DNA of 64,000 nucleotides, from the NCBI GenBank assembly GCA_964106915.2, contig OZ066922.1. One strand, written 5' to 3'. Source of the DNA: Podarcis gaigeae (lineage: Eukaryota). Both the position numbers and the translations under genes were made by a program. Each line of letters starts with the position of its first letter. Within the stretch, counting starts at the first letter, position 1. Below, piece by piece: positions 52,011 to 64,000 of this stretch. The notes beneath the pieces are model-generated. The model was given only the letters and a program-made list of their open reading frames with translations, did no database searches and had not been told where the DNA came from.

Positions 52011-53954
52011 CTATTTCAGAGCTAGATGGAAATTAAATAAATGAATGCAACTCTTATTTACTAACTCACTTGGAAGCCATTCTGTTTGAGAAATCCACTT
52101 TCGAGCTGGGGTTGCGGGCTTCACGCCCCTCCCCCACACTCACGGGGGCTGGCTCCTCGGCCGTGTCATACTCCGTGCCAGCCAATTGGCTGGTGTGGGG
52201 GGTGTGGCCTCGCCTATTTAGGCCTGGCGTGGCCAAGGACCGCCCTCTGAGGGCCATTTCTGTCTTTTGGCCATAGGTGAGATTAGGTAACTCGTGGGGG
52301 GTGGGGAATGCGAGAAACAGACTTCCCTGTAGTAGCACCATGACTGCCTCTCTCTTCTGGCTTCTCATTTGATGGATTTCTTAAACATTTAAATATGTGC
52401 TAACAATAACCTGTTTTTATGCCATTCTGAGACATTTTAGTACTGGCACTGTTGCCTCTTGGTGTATTACTTTTGATGTTTTGCTATAGATTTTCTTTTT
52501 ATAGTTCTCTTTTCATGACTAATTGAAGTAAATCCCTCTGATCTCAGATTTACTTCTGAGTAAACATTCATAGGATTCAGCTACAGTGTATGCTTAGGAT
52601 AGCAGCTACTGTCTAATTGTTGTAGACATTATTTGGTTGGCACAGATCTGGATTTTACAATAAAATACTATCATTATATTTAGAATAAATAGATCACCCT
52701 TTCCTGGAGTCACACACAGCTGCAACTGAAGGAAAGGAAACCTTTTATGGTTGAATTGATTTCTCCCCCCGCCATAAAGCAGAAATAAATGTGTAGTTAA
52801 TTGAGTTATATCATAGCATAATAATCCAAATTTATTGCAATAAAATTGATGGCAAGCAATATGCTTTTTAAAAGCCTCCTTAAATTAAATTTAACAACTA
52901 ACAAGGAGAAACCGTAGTTGAGAAAGAGCATCCAACTGCTAATAGTATAAAAATATGACCATGAGTATAGATTGTTTATGGTCAAGGGGCTGGGGTAATA
53001 AATAGCACTAAAGCATGGGAGAATGAGCTGCAGTCTTTCCCTTTTCTATGAATCTATTTTATTCCGTATTAAAGTTCAGTTCCCTGACCATCTGGGGAAG
53101 CTTTTCAGGGGTTTGGGTGTGAATAGGTGTGTCAATTTGAAACTTTTCTATGGTTTATTACTGTAGATCATGGCTTGAGTAAAAAGGTTGGCATGTGAAA
53201 AGAGATCCCCATTATGAACTTTCTTGACTCTGGTAGCATTCTTATCTCAAATGTGTCTTATCTCAAACAGGAGACACCCTGAGCTCCTAATAACTTGTGT
53301 AAAGGTCAGCATATGTAATCTAGTTACTAATTCCCAGTTACTAAAATCAAATCAACCACCAAGATAACTTTAAAACAGGGAACAAACAACCATAAACAGT
53401 TCAGTCATTGCTCACTACATTCATCCAACTTTTAATTAAGCAGAAGAAGTAAAATGAGAAATGACAGAAAACGCTAGGAAGAGACAGTAGAACAATAGAA
53501 ATATTGGAATTATATGAATTGCTCATCTCAAATCCCCCCTCCTGTCTCCATTAGAATGTTTTGGCTAAAATTAGAACAGCTGTATACCACTCCAGTCTCT
53601 GAGCTCTTCAAGATTCCAGGGTTACAAGTGCTTACCCTGGGTTTGTGTTTCCTCGTAATGAGAGACAGAGGAGACCGTGGTGTCTTTATGATATATGATT
53701 TATTCATGCATATATGCAACATGAGTCTATGATGGAGGGGTTCGCAGTATTAACACCTCCAGAAATCAGACATAGCTTTGTCTCCCAGCTGCACAGCCTG
53801 CCAGCTTCTAGCTCGCATAACTTGACCCTCAACTCTGGCTGTTGTCTTTCTAACAACCAGCGAGCTGAGGAAAGGGAGTCCACCCTACTTGTTTTCTGGC
53901 ACATAGTCACTTCTGCTGTTTTTACTGAGGCCCCTTTCTCTTCTGTTACAACCA

Positions 53955-54112
53955 GTGCTGGAGGTAGTACAAAGCCATCATGGCTAGTGACCATTGATAG
54001 CCTCATCCTCCATGAATTTCTCCAGAGCTATTTGAGTTGGTGGCCATTTTGTGGTAGAGAATTCCAAAGTTCAGCTATGTACTTTGTGAAGAAGTGCTTT
54101 CCTTTTCTTTAG
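53955..54112 (-). mobile_element. CR1 fragment
   Basis: 'ccatcatggctagtgaccattgatagcc..ctccatgaattt' is the reverse of the CR1 3' motifs. Confidence 0.65.
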
Positions 54113-54910
54113 TGCAAACCTTCCACACTGCTCTGTGTTCTTCATGATTGAGGCATACATTTTGGCTGAAAGGCAGATTAGAAACTATTAAATGACTAAA
54201 TAGAATTTTCATCAAGGTACTCAGGAAATAATGGAGGATGCAGAAGAAAATGGCACCTGCCAAAGGAGCTTTTCTGTATTTTTAACCTCTTTTCTTCTCT
54301 ACCTAGGCCAACGCAGAGTGGCTGGCAGTGAGTCACGGTTGGGAGAGAGTGGATGAAAGAATAAGGGAGCACTGAGAGTGTGTAAAATAATAATATGAAC
54401 ATTTCTACAATAAATTGCATTTAATTTATGGCTCTGGAGCATTAAAATTTATAGCTATATACTCAAGCCATACTACCTTTTCAAAACTCCAGTTTAATAT
54501 GTATCAAAGGTGTCCATTTTACTGCTCTAGTGCCTTATGTTTTTATATTTCCAGGTGCAGCTTGATTTGAAATCTCTCCCCCGCCCCCTTCAATTTTCAC
54601 TTTAATATTTAGGGACCAGTCCAAATGTTAGATGTATACTCCAGCATGTGAACCATGCTGCAAATTATTTGTGTGTTTTTGATGCTCTGAACCGTAAAGG
54701 GTACCACCTTAACCGGTGTTGCTGACTGTGGATGGAATTGCCAAAAATTGGGTTGATGTGCACACTACTAACTGAAGCTAATGTTTCTGCCTAATTTGTC
54801 ACAATTGCCCAATCCCATGCAGCTCGGGCTTCCTGGAGATATTTTCTATGGGCACTGGGAGCGGAAGTAGAACCTCTGTTGCATGAGCAGCCTTCTACTC
54901 ATGGCATTTT

Positions 54911-55250
54911 AAAGGTAAAGGGACCCCTGACCATTAGGTCCAGTCACGGACAACTCTGGGGTTGCGGTGCTCATTTCACTTTACTGGCCAAGGGAGCCGG
55001 CATACAGCTTCTGGGTCATGTGGCCAGCATGACAAAGCCGCTTCTGGCCATCCAGAGCAGCGCAGGGAAACGCCGTTTACCTTCCCACTGGAGCAGTACC
55101 TATTTCCTTGCACTTTGACGTGCTTTTGAACTGCTAGGTTGGCAGGAGCAGGGACTGAGCAACAGGAACTCACCCTGTCACAGGGATTCAAACCACCGAC
55201 CTTTTATTAGCAAGCCCAAGGCTCTGTGGTTTAGACCACAGCGCCACCCC
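54911..55250 (-). mobile_element. Sauria SINE
   Basis: AAAGGTAAAGGG reverse tail through to 'tagaccacagcgccacc' reverse head. Confidence 0.9.
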
Positions 55251-56415
55251 CACTTTAGATCCAGCTAATTGAATAAAAAGCATACATAATGAAACCACTG
55301 CCCATTTTCTCCCAGTCAAGACTGTTTGGGGAAAGAAATCTACATAAAACTGAGGCTGGCTTTTATCATATTTTAAGAGTTTGATGGCAAGAGCTTACAT
55401 CATTCTGTCATGTGGTTCTGTTCTGATTTTGTGCTCAACTTAGAACATGGTTCTGTAAGGCAGTATTGATTGTAGTGCAGTAATGAAAATCAGTCAGTTT
55501 TGGACCTTGTGTGGTTTCTTTGCAAATTACATTTTCTTTCCCCATTGCAGCAGTAATATTTATAAGTGTTATTTATTCACCAATCTTGGTATTACATTAA
55601 TTACATAGGTTTGGACAAAAGAGAGGCTCCCAGTTCTCTCTCCGTTGTAGTTGCTTGCAGTTCTTAGAATTCTCTTATTTAAAAATGAAATTATATATAT
55701 TATTTCTGTCTGCATAAAGCTGTTGCTTGCTTTACATGGTCTATTGCAAATTGTCCAAAATCTCTATCACTCACAGCATGCGTAACTGCCCAGCACAATT
55801 ACTATGGGGAAAAATCCCTCTGGGCATATTATCTTTGTCATTCCGTCAGCAAATTATTCCTTTAATGATGCCATGTTCCACAGCTGCCTCCTAATTGCAG
55901 ACAAGCCATATAAAAAGACAATAAAGAGGTCAAGCTGCTCTGATCTTAGACTTTAATCTTCGACCACATAAAGAGATTATCAACAAATATTCTGAACAAA
56001 TGTGGATCATGAGGGGGTGAAATGCTGGAAATTACCAGAATACAAAGAGCTAAAGCTCTCGTGCAAGTCAAATAATATAATTTCCATTTTCAATTTGCAA
56101 GAAAATTGTATCACAGTGGAACGAAAGCACGCTAAAAGTATATCTGCCGGTTTCTAAACCATACCATTCTTTGGAGGAAAGGTATATACAGAAAAATAGC
56201 AATACCCACAACAACAGCACTTCAATCTCATTACAAATGAGCAGGGAAAGGCTTACTTAAATGTAACATTAAGCATATAAACTGAGGGTCAAGCTAGACA
56301 TTGGGCTAATTGCATGGGTAGCAACCCTATCTGGGTGTGTGTTGTTGGTTTGTTTTTTTTTAAAAAAAAAAATGCTAGGCATGGAGGGCAATTTTCAATT
56401 GAGCTATTCCCCAAC

Positions 56416-56417
<2 letters not shown>

Positions 56418-56448
<31 letters not shown>
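56418..56448. repeat. (GA)n microsatellite
   Basis: Directly visible. Confidence 0.95.
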
Positions 56449-56452
<4 letters not shown>

Positions 56453-56465
56453 CACACAGAGAGAC

Positions 56466-56614
56466 AGAGCTTTTTTCCGGGGGGCCGCAGGGGTACGCAT
56501 ACCCCTAAACATTTTGTGAATCTTTGTACTTTTGTCCATTTAGTGTATTTCTTTTTCCCGATTTGAACTATAAAATGGTGATTTTCTTGAGTCAAAATGA
56601 GAGTACCCCTGAAA
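56466..56614. mobile_element. hAT-like MITE, cut by the assembly gap
   Basis: CAGAGCTTTTTT end. 'acccctaaacattttgtgaatc' and 'aaaatgagagtacccct' match 63166-63314 in reverse. Confidence 0.65.
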
Positions 56615-56819
56615 NNNNNNNNNNNNNNNNNNNNNNNNNNNNNNNNNNNNNNNNNNNNNNNNNNNNNNNNNNNNNNNNNNNNNNNNNNNNNNNNNNNNNN
56701 NNNNNNNNNNNNNNNNNNNNNNNNNNNNNNNNNNNNNNNNNNNNNNNNNNNNNNNNNNNNNNNNNNNNNNNNNNNNNNNNNNNNNNNNNNNNNNNNNNNN
56801 NNNNNNNNNNNNNNNNNNN
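56615..56819. other. Assembly gap
   Basis: Run of about 205 N. Confidence 0.99.
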
Positions 56820-57710
56820 TGAGGTTTCCAAAGTCACCTGACAGGGCCATATCTCCATGGCAGAGCATGTGCTTTTCATGCAGAAGACCTCAGATTCAAA
56901 CCATAGCATCTCCAACTGGGGCTGGGAAAAGACCCCTGTCAGAAACTCGAGTGCCAGTTCCAGTCATTGCAGACTAGGAGTTGCTAACCCTTAGGAGCTT
57001 ATGGACATATTTGCAAATAAAGAGAAAATGTCCTGGACACCACACGCATAGTGTAATCATGCACAAACTGCAGCCTATTGTAATGACTACAAGTTAATGC
57101 TTGTTCAAAATGACTCTGAGGGAACCAGGGAAGGCCTTTGCAGGCACATGTGTATCCACAGGTACCACATTGTAACCTGTGGACTACATAACATATAGGG
57201 AGCAAGTCTAGACACTCAGCCCCACCAGGGATTCCATTATCAGTCAATCCCCAGACCCTTCAAGATAAGGACTCTTTTGACATTTCTGCACATCCTCACA
57301 GAAAAATCATATCTCCCATGAGAATCCAGGCCTGGCTTTTATCTTAAAGGATTGATTCTCTTGCAAAGAAACTGGATTTACTTAGGGAAACAACATCATG
57401 AGGTTGGGAGAATGCAGCAATAACATCTACATGGCCAGAAAACATGCTGGGTTATTCAGATGGCTCCAAATGCTTCAGAGCACTTTCGCCCCTTGCACTG
57501 TAAATTCCCTGAAGTGCACTAATTTCTATGGAGAAATAGTAACTACTATTTTGGTAACATAACTGGTATTGGTTTATGAGCACACAAGACATAAAAGTGA
57601 AGCCCTGTATATCAATGGCATTGAACAAAGCTGCTTTTCATGAGATTTGTGTTGTGTTTTCCTTACCCCATTCCTTTTCCCATCCAGTGTTATTTTCCAA
57701 GAATTGAAAT

Positions 57711-57711
<1 letters not shown>

Positions 57712-57746
<35 letters not shown>
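57712..57746. repeat. (GT)n microsatellite
   Basis: Directly visible. Confidence 0.95.
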
Positions 57747-57750
<4 letters not shown>

Positions 57751-58209
57751 TTTAAATTTTCAGAGGGCTGGTGTGTGAGTCCCTTCATCTTTAGCAAATG
57801 GGCTAATATTGTTAAAAAATGAGAAATGTTTCAAAGTCCTGACTATTTCATTCAGACTCACAAGTTTTAAGTAGTTTGATTTACATCCTTCTTGTTTCAA
57901 TTTTGCAGAACTTTGTTACTAAATTTCTCAAATGTCTCAGTAGCTTCTTGTGGGTCTGCTAAATGGAAGAAAGGAGAAATCATGAAGTGTATACAAGGGG
58001 AACCAGGATAAGGTAATGGGAGGTGGCAAAGCTCAGAATGATTTTAGGCTTCCAAGAGGGGTTAAACACAATAAAAAGGTGTATTTGCCTATGTTTGAAG
58101 CAAGGGGAAGAGCAAGCAAGTAGCAGGCATTCTGTGTGGAGAAGATGAAGTGCTATTGGGGGAAAGCAGTGGCGATCTTTGGGCTCTCAAATTGTAGTGG
58201 TTCCCCCTG

Positions 58210-58462
58210 CCAATGGATTCAAGTTACAAGAAAGGAGATTCCGACGAAATTTCAGGAAGAACTTTCTGACTGTAAGAGCTGTTTGACAGTGGAAAGGTCT
58301 TCCTTGGGAGGTGGTGGACTCTTTTCCTGGAGGTTTTTAAGCAGAGGTTGGAGGGCCATCTGTCATGGATGCTTAATTGAGATTCTTGTATCATGCGGGG
58401 GGGGGGGGGGTTGAGCTAGGTAATAATCAGGACCCTTCTAACTCTACAATTCTATGTTTCTA
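58210..58462 (+). mobile_element. CR1 LINE 3' end
   Basis: Translates to NGFKLQERRFR.NFRKNFLTVRAV.QW.GLP.EVV, a CR1 ORF2 C-terminus. Ends with an ATTCTATG-type octamer tail. Confidence 0.85.
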
Positions 58463-61400
58463 TACTAGTTTGGTCCATCAACTGATATCATTTTAGTTAA
58501 GTCACACGATTGCCCAGAAGGTGACTTTTCACAGAACATAAACTCTATCTAGTCATAGAAAAAGTACACCAAGCCTTGGACATGGTGTGCAACGGGAGGG
58601 AAAAAGGAAGCAGAAGTCGCATTTTGCAAGCAGAGGTTGGTTACATTTGAACAATGTACAGTGATGAATCCAACACATTGTATTTTACTGTTCTGATACT
58701 GTATGGTGCTACTTATGACTGATACGGCCAGTGACATTGTAACTTCTTGTATTGTGTTCTCATGCCTTCATTTATTTCTACCCCACTTTCCCATGGTATG
58801 CCATGTTCCAAGTGGCTCCCAGGTTTACATGTGGCCAGTCACCAACAATTACAAAACACAATAGGATTAAAATTGTCATATAAACCATAGGCTACTGGAA
58901 AATATCACATTACTGAATGTTTATTAACAAAATAATAATAAACCACAGTGATCTCTGTGAATCGAATGGAACAGTGTGTTATGATTTCCCACAAAGGCCT
59001 CATTTGCTTCCTTATGGAAGCTGATGGAGGAGGCAGAAATGGGGGGAAACCTACTTGCTGACTTGATGCAAAATACTCCTTTGCGCTCTAGATGGGTTTT
59101 TAGTCTTGCAAGAATGCAATTCCGTCAATATTATAGCGAGTAACATTAGAAAGTCAAAGGAGAGCAATAACTTTATCTTCTGGAATTTTAATATCATTTA
59201 GATTCGGTACAATCCCCACGCCGTCAATATTAAAAGCAGAAGGATTCATTCCCCTTTTCCCACGTGCCCACTTGAGGCTGCCTGGGTGGCATTAATAAAA
59301 CATGCAGGAGGAATAAAAATAATCTGTGAGCCTATGGATCTTGCCTATGTCTAAGTGAAGAGTTACTGCCAGTTCTGAAGGAGAGGGATACTAATATTTA
59401 CAGTTTAACATTTCCTTCTGACTTGTGAAGGACCTGAGTGTTTCTTTCTTCAGTAGCTAATTTGTCTCAAGATGCACAAAGGGGTGGCGAAAGGTGTAAG
59501 ATTTTATCACCCGTGTGCCAATGCCAAGTAGTTCAACAGATGTATCAACACTTCAGAAAGAAAGGTGATTGATGGCCTCCAAAAAGCTGATGACGGTGTT
59601 AGGCAACAATGATTTTTTTTCCTCCCCATGGTATTCCCTTCCCCTCATTTTTCCTGAACTTTAATTCACTCTCTCTCTCTCTTTTCATTGACTGCTTGTT
59701 GATAATTTGGACTTGAATATTTTGTCTACAAAGTTTTTGAAAAAGAAAACATATTGGGGTGTGTGCATGTATTGGGAAATTTTCGCAAATGTGGATGGCG
59801 CATTCTGGGTTTTCTTTGGACAATTTCCCAGGCAGAGCTAGAAAATGATGTTTTTTAGCTTGAATTTAAATAAATTCAGCTTGGGTAGCACAGTGCATTC
59901 TTGAATATTCAGCCCAGCATGCTGTGATCACTGGTAGCCATTGGGACCGGTGGGCAGAAGGCAAAGAGGCCAACAGTATGTAGAACTAGAGTCACTGATG
60001 GGCACAGCTAACTAATCCTAGTTTTGTCTATATCCTCCTCTCTGTTGCATTATACAAGGGGCAACACTGAGAATAAGGAAGAGGCAGCTGGTAGCCACTG
60101 TCACCCCTTGGAAGGGGTATCAGTAAGAAGGCAGGTAGATGAGGTGGTAATGGCTGAGACAAACTGATGTTGGTTGGGCAGTGCCTCTGTTGCCCTAATT
60201 TCCCAGCCTCCACTGCCAGTGTAGCACAGCAGCAAAAAGCACTGGAGAGGAGCAAATGGGCTGTGAGCTTCTCCCCAGAAGCCTGCAGGTTCATGTAGAC
60301 TCACTAAGCCATAGCTTGGTTTCCTGTATCTTGCAAACTGGCCCGCTGTGAAAAATCTATCTCTCTTCAGTTGTTATCCTTAGCATAATGGTGCCATGGC
60401 TGTGCATTCTACTGACCCAGCACCAATGTCCACATATTCAGGGCAAAAACTGTAAGAGAAAGCCTATGCAGTAGTACCTACGTAGGCTTTTACACTTCCA
60501 GCAGCTGAGGTTGCATGATTTTTGGTCAACCATAGATAGATCTAAATACCAGAAGAAAACTCTGTAAGTCAGAAATTAGATCGTTTTAACAAAAGAACAA
60601 AAAATCTCTATGGAAAATCGCGTTTTAAAATTTCCTGCTCTCTGGTGCCATCTGATGTTGTATGTTTATGGCGCATTCAAATAGCTGTTTCTTTACTAAT
60701 GTAGCTTGAGTCCGTAGTTGGAACTTGGAATTACTTTACGTATTCATTGACTGGAACCAGCTAATGCAAGGTTGACAATTGAAAGGCATAGGTGGGAACA
60801 GTTTAGAAATACTCACAATACTGGGCCTCACAGGGCCTGGGCTTATTTGCCTTGTCTGAATAACAATGTGCATTTGAATAAGGTTTAAAAGTGGCTGGAT
60901 TAGTTACCTTCTACATGCTGCTATTATACAAATCTTAGCATAGACTGTCTTCTCCCACTGACACTCACGTTAGATATGCATCAAGCTACAGTCTTCTCTA
61001 TGAAAACTACTTCCACCCTGTCACTAAATAAAACAGACATTTTATTTCATAGCATGTTCACAAGACCTTGCTGTGGAAAAGGCTGCTTGCTTTCTAAGGA
61101 ATGCATTTTCAGTAACGTACTCCATTTTCATATATGTTTTCTGGGCATCTTTCTCACACACAAATAGACAAAGTATCACTGGAGAACCATTGGTGGTATC
61201 ACTGTTAAGCTCCCAATGGCTGCAAGAAAAATCAAGAGAAGCCCATGAAGACTCTTTTGACAAACCCAGTGTCAACTATTCCTCCCAAAAAGTGTTTGAA
61301 GGCTGGACCAAATTGGAAAGTGCAACGTATTGGGAGTGGTGTACAGATACGAACCCTTGCTTTTATGAACAGATCTGGTTCTTAGATAATGCTTCCTTGT

Positions 61401-62716
61401 AACTACTCCTGGTAATTTCTTTGTGGATAACTATTTGAAAGTTGCATTTCTTTAAAACGTGAGAAAATATTGGAACCTGAGCAATTGAATTGTCAGCATT
61501 AATAGCAGTTAATGTTGTTCTCCCCTTTTTTCCACAGAAAGGAATCATTTGTTTTGAACTTTTAAAACTAATGACCAGTCTTGAATCTGTGTTGTATATG
61601 CACCACTCACCCATGATTTATGTAGGTTAGAGCCTTATATTAAGTCATGGTTGAAAAGAGCTCCAAGGGTGGCTGACCAAATGGCTTTTCTTTGATTATT
61701 ACTGATCCTAAGCCAATAAAATGTATTTAATACAACCAATGAATGTGTTTAGATACAAAGGGGCTTTGTAATTGTTGGAGAATGCAATTTATAATTGAAA
61801 ACTTTTGGTCTGTATATAGTTAGAGATGCTTAATTGGTATCCTTTAAGGGAGAAAGGAGGGAGAAAAAAAGAAACATTTTCATATGCTTTCTGAGACTCC
61901 ACCAAGCTATTACTTGAAGTACTTTTAAGTGTACTACACTAAGGGGCTCCTCAGCACAGACTGTTGCAATTATTTTTTATTTCTTTCCAATTTTCACATA
62001 AGATGGAGTTCTTCCCCCGTTAAATGGCCTAGAGAAAGTTTTGTTCATCTTTTTAGGTTCAGTTTAGCTCTCCCATAAGGGCTGACTGAGAAATACATGT
62101 AGTAGTTTATTGGTGAGGTGATTTTAAGGTTCCCCAAGAATGGTGCACAGGGAATGGGGCACAGGATACATTTACACATCAAACCACAGTTGCCCTGCCT
62201 CAGGATATGTAAAATTTCCAAGTTTTACTAAAAATCCGTCATGGAGACTAGACTCTTCCAATGATAGAAACAACAAAAGGGGGTCCTGTGGGGTTTTAAA
62301 GACTGAGGCTGAAATATTAAGCGTACTTTCCTGACAGTAAGCACCATTGAACACAGATTCAGTTACCTCTAAGCATGTGCAACCAATAATTCTACACATG
62401 CTCAGTAAGAGAGTTAAAGGAGGGAGTGGCTACCACTTCAGGCAGTTAGCATGATGGCTGGTGATCATAGCTCTGTAAGGCTCTGAACGCCCACAAGATG
62501 TTAGTAGAGAATTTTTTTAAAAAGAAAATGGAATGAGTTATGTCGTTCTACAAAACCACAAGTTCCTTATCTGCTTATGCTCTTTTATGTTATAAAGAGC
62601 CCGTAAATTTCATTTTCCTGAGTTAGTGGCGCTGGTAACCATTTTGAGAAGACTGCTGGGGAGTCAAAGCGAATGAACCAATACAATGTTAGTTCTGTGC
62701 CAGGAGCAAGATCCAA

Positions 62717-62996
62717 GGGCTTATCCACACTTACATTTCTGCCACTCTTTTTATGCATGGTCCATACTTTAAAGCTTCCCCTATGTTCCAGAACTTTCCT
62801 GTGAAAACCTGCTTTTTAAGGCTCAACGGTTGCAAATGGCTTAAAACTCAAAATGACATTTGCTCTGAGTGCAAAAGAGCAAGTTATCGTGGGGAAAGCT
62901 CCTGGGCAAACAAAACAGCATGCAACATGCTTGAGCATGGAGCTTTTAAGAGTGTGCATTGAAAGAGCAGGACAAAAGGTAAGTGTGGATTTGCCC
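62717..62996. mobile_element. PIF/Harbinger-like MITE
   Basis: TIRs GGGCTTATCCACACTTAC / GTAAGTGTGGATTTGCCC (16/18). Flanks are CAA/CAG, a possible decayed 3-bp TSD. Confidence 0.65.
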
Positions 62997-63165
62997 CAGG
63001 CTTTAGGGAGAACAAGTGATAGTGACCAATTTCAGTGGTGACAGCTTTATAGGCAGAACTTTGGGAGGAGGGTGTTTTATTGTTTTGTGCCATTTATGTA
63101 AAATCTTCATATATTTATGTACACATGAAGACTGGTATCATTTAATGACTGATGTTATTTATAGC

Positions 63166-63314
63166 CAGTCCTTTTTTCTTCTAAAAAAATGTTTAGGGGT
63201 ACTCTCATTTTCCTACTCATATTGAAATACTGCCCCTCAATGAGGCCAAACTTAGATTCACAAAATGTTTAGGGGTATGTGTACCCCTGCGCCCCCCCAA
63301 GAAAGAAAGCACTG
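63166..63314. mobile_element. hAT-like MITE
   Basis: TIRs CAGTCCTTTT / AAAGCACTG. Flanks TTTATAGC / TTTGTATC match 6/8. Confidence 0.7.
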
Positions 63315-63809
63315 TTTGTATCCTTTACTTTTGCACAAGTCCTTTGCTATGAGCCTTCCCCCCAGACACCCCGAATAAAGAACTCTGAATACTTATAAAA
63401 TAATAAAATATGAAAAAGCTACATATACTGATTGCTGATACATGATATAAATATATTGTTGAATATATGCTACAAATATAGTTGGTTCATACTGGTGGAT
63501 CCAGGACACAGCGGACTAAGAGGGGGAGTCTCAGAAGGAGTCAAACCTATTGCTTATTGTATCAATATTAAAATACCAAAGAATATTTAAACTGGACTCA
63601 CAGTTGTGCTCCCAAATTCTCCACACTATCAATGGCCAGCAATGGGGAAGCCATATTGTCTAAATATTCTTGGGGAGAGGAATTGGATGGTGGCTGGAAA
63701 AAATAGATTTCTGGGAAATTTCAGCTTACCTTTAATCTCACAACCAGTTTTCAAGGACATTTTAACACACACATACTACATGGTCCTTCAAGAAATTTAG
63801 GGCAGGGCA

Positions 63810-63950
63810 TATGGTTCTCCCCTACCCATCATCACAAAAATCACAAGGAAGCTATTAGGCTGAGAAATACTGGCTGAGGCAAGGTCACACTGAGCTTCAT
63901 GGCTCACTAGTGATTTGAACCCAGATCCCCCAGTTCTGGTCCAACATTCT
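63810..63950 (-). mobile_element. MIR/CORE-like SINE, old
   Basis: 'caaggtcacactgagcttcatggct...gatttgaacccagatcccc' is a reverse core plus B-box. Confidence 0.55.
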
Positions 63951-64000
63951 AAGAGGGAATCTTGTGGCCCTTCAGAAGTTGCTGGACTTCAACCCCCATC

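Noticed and set aside
60640-60660. CTCF-like site GGTGCCATCTGATG
   Set aside because: It has two mismatches at high-information positions.
61073-61402. 109-aa ORF as a terminal exon
   Set aside because: No recognisable homology and no strong acceptor. It cannot be supported without RNA data.
55-63800. Most ORFs in the six-frame track as host genes
   Set aside because: They are short, often start at non-ATG codons, and derive from microsatellites, SINEs or antisense LINE. None resembles a host protein I recognise.
1-64000. CRISPR array or prokaryotic/viral operon
   Set aside because: There is no repeat-spacer array or dense coding region, and the content is typical vertebrate repeat-rich DNA.

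Overview
Eukaryotic, AT-rich, repeat-dense non-coding DNA from a squamate reptile, most likely a lacertid lizard, judged from Sauria SINEs, Bov-B/RTE LINEs, Squam2/3-like tRNA SINEs and CR1/L2 remnants. I cannot identify any host protein-coding gene. The window looks like a large intron or gene desert, with several repeat-free blocks resembling conserved non-coding elements and one assembly gap (56615-56819). The ORF track is almost all noise, apart from Bov-B ORF fragments and a Penelope-like ORF end. The standout is a 1.19-kb Penelope-like (GIY-YIG) retroelement insertion at 19132-20317. It has two apparently identical 499-bp arms in inverted orientation around a 160-bp spacer and is flanked on both sides by (TA)n. 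Each arm carries a minimal hammerhead-ribozyme core (CUGAAGA...GAAAC-GUC). The element's reading frame stays open for about 195 codons through the arm and stops inside loop II of the ribozyme. Several other insertions could be delimited by target-site duplications (TSDs): hAT, Tc1/pogo and Harbinger-like MITEs, a solo LTR, an L1 3' end and young Sauria SINEs. Family names come from recognition of sequence hallmarks, not database searches.
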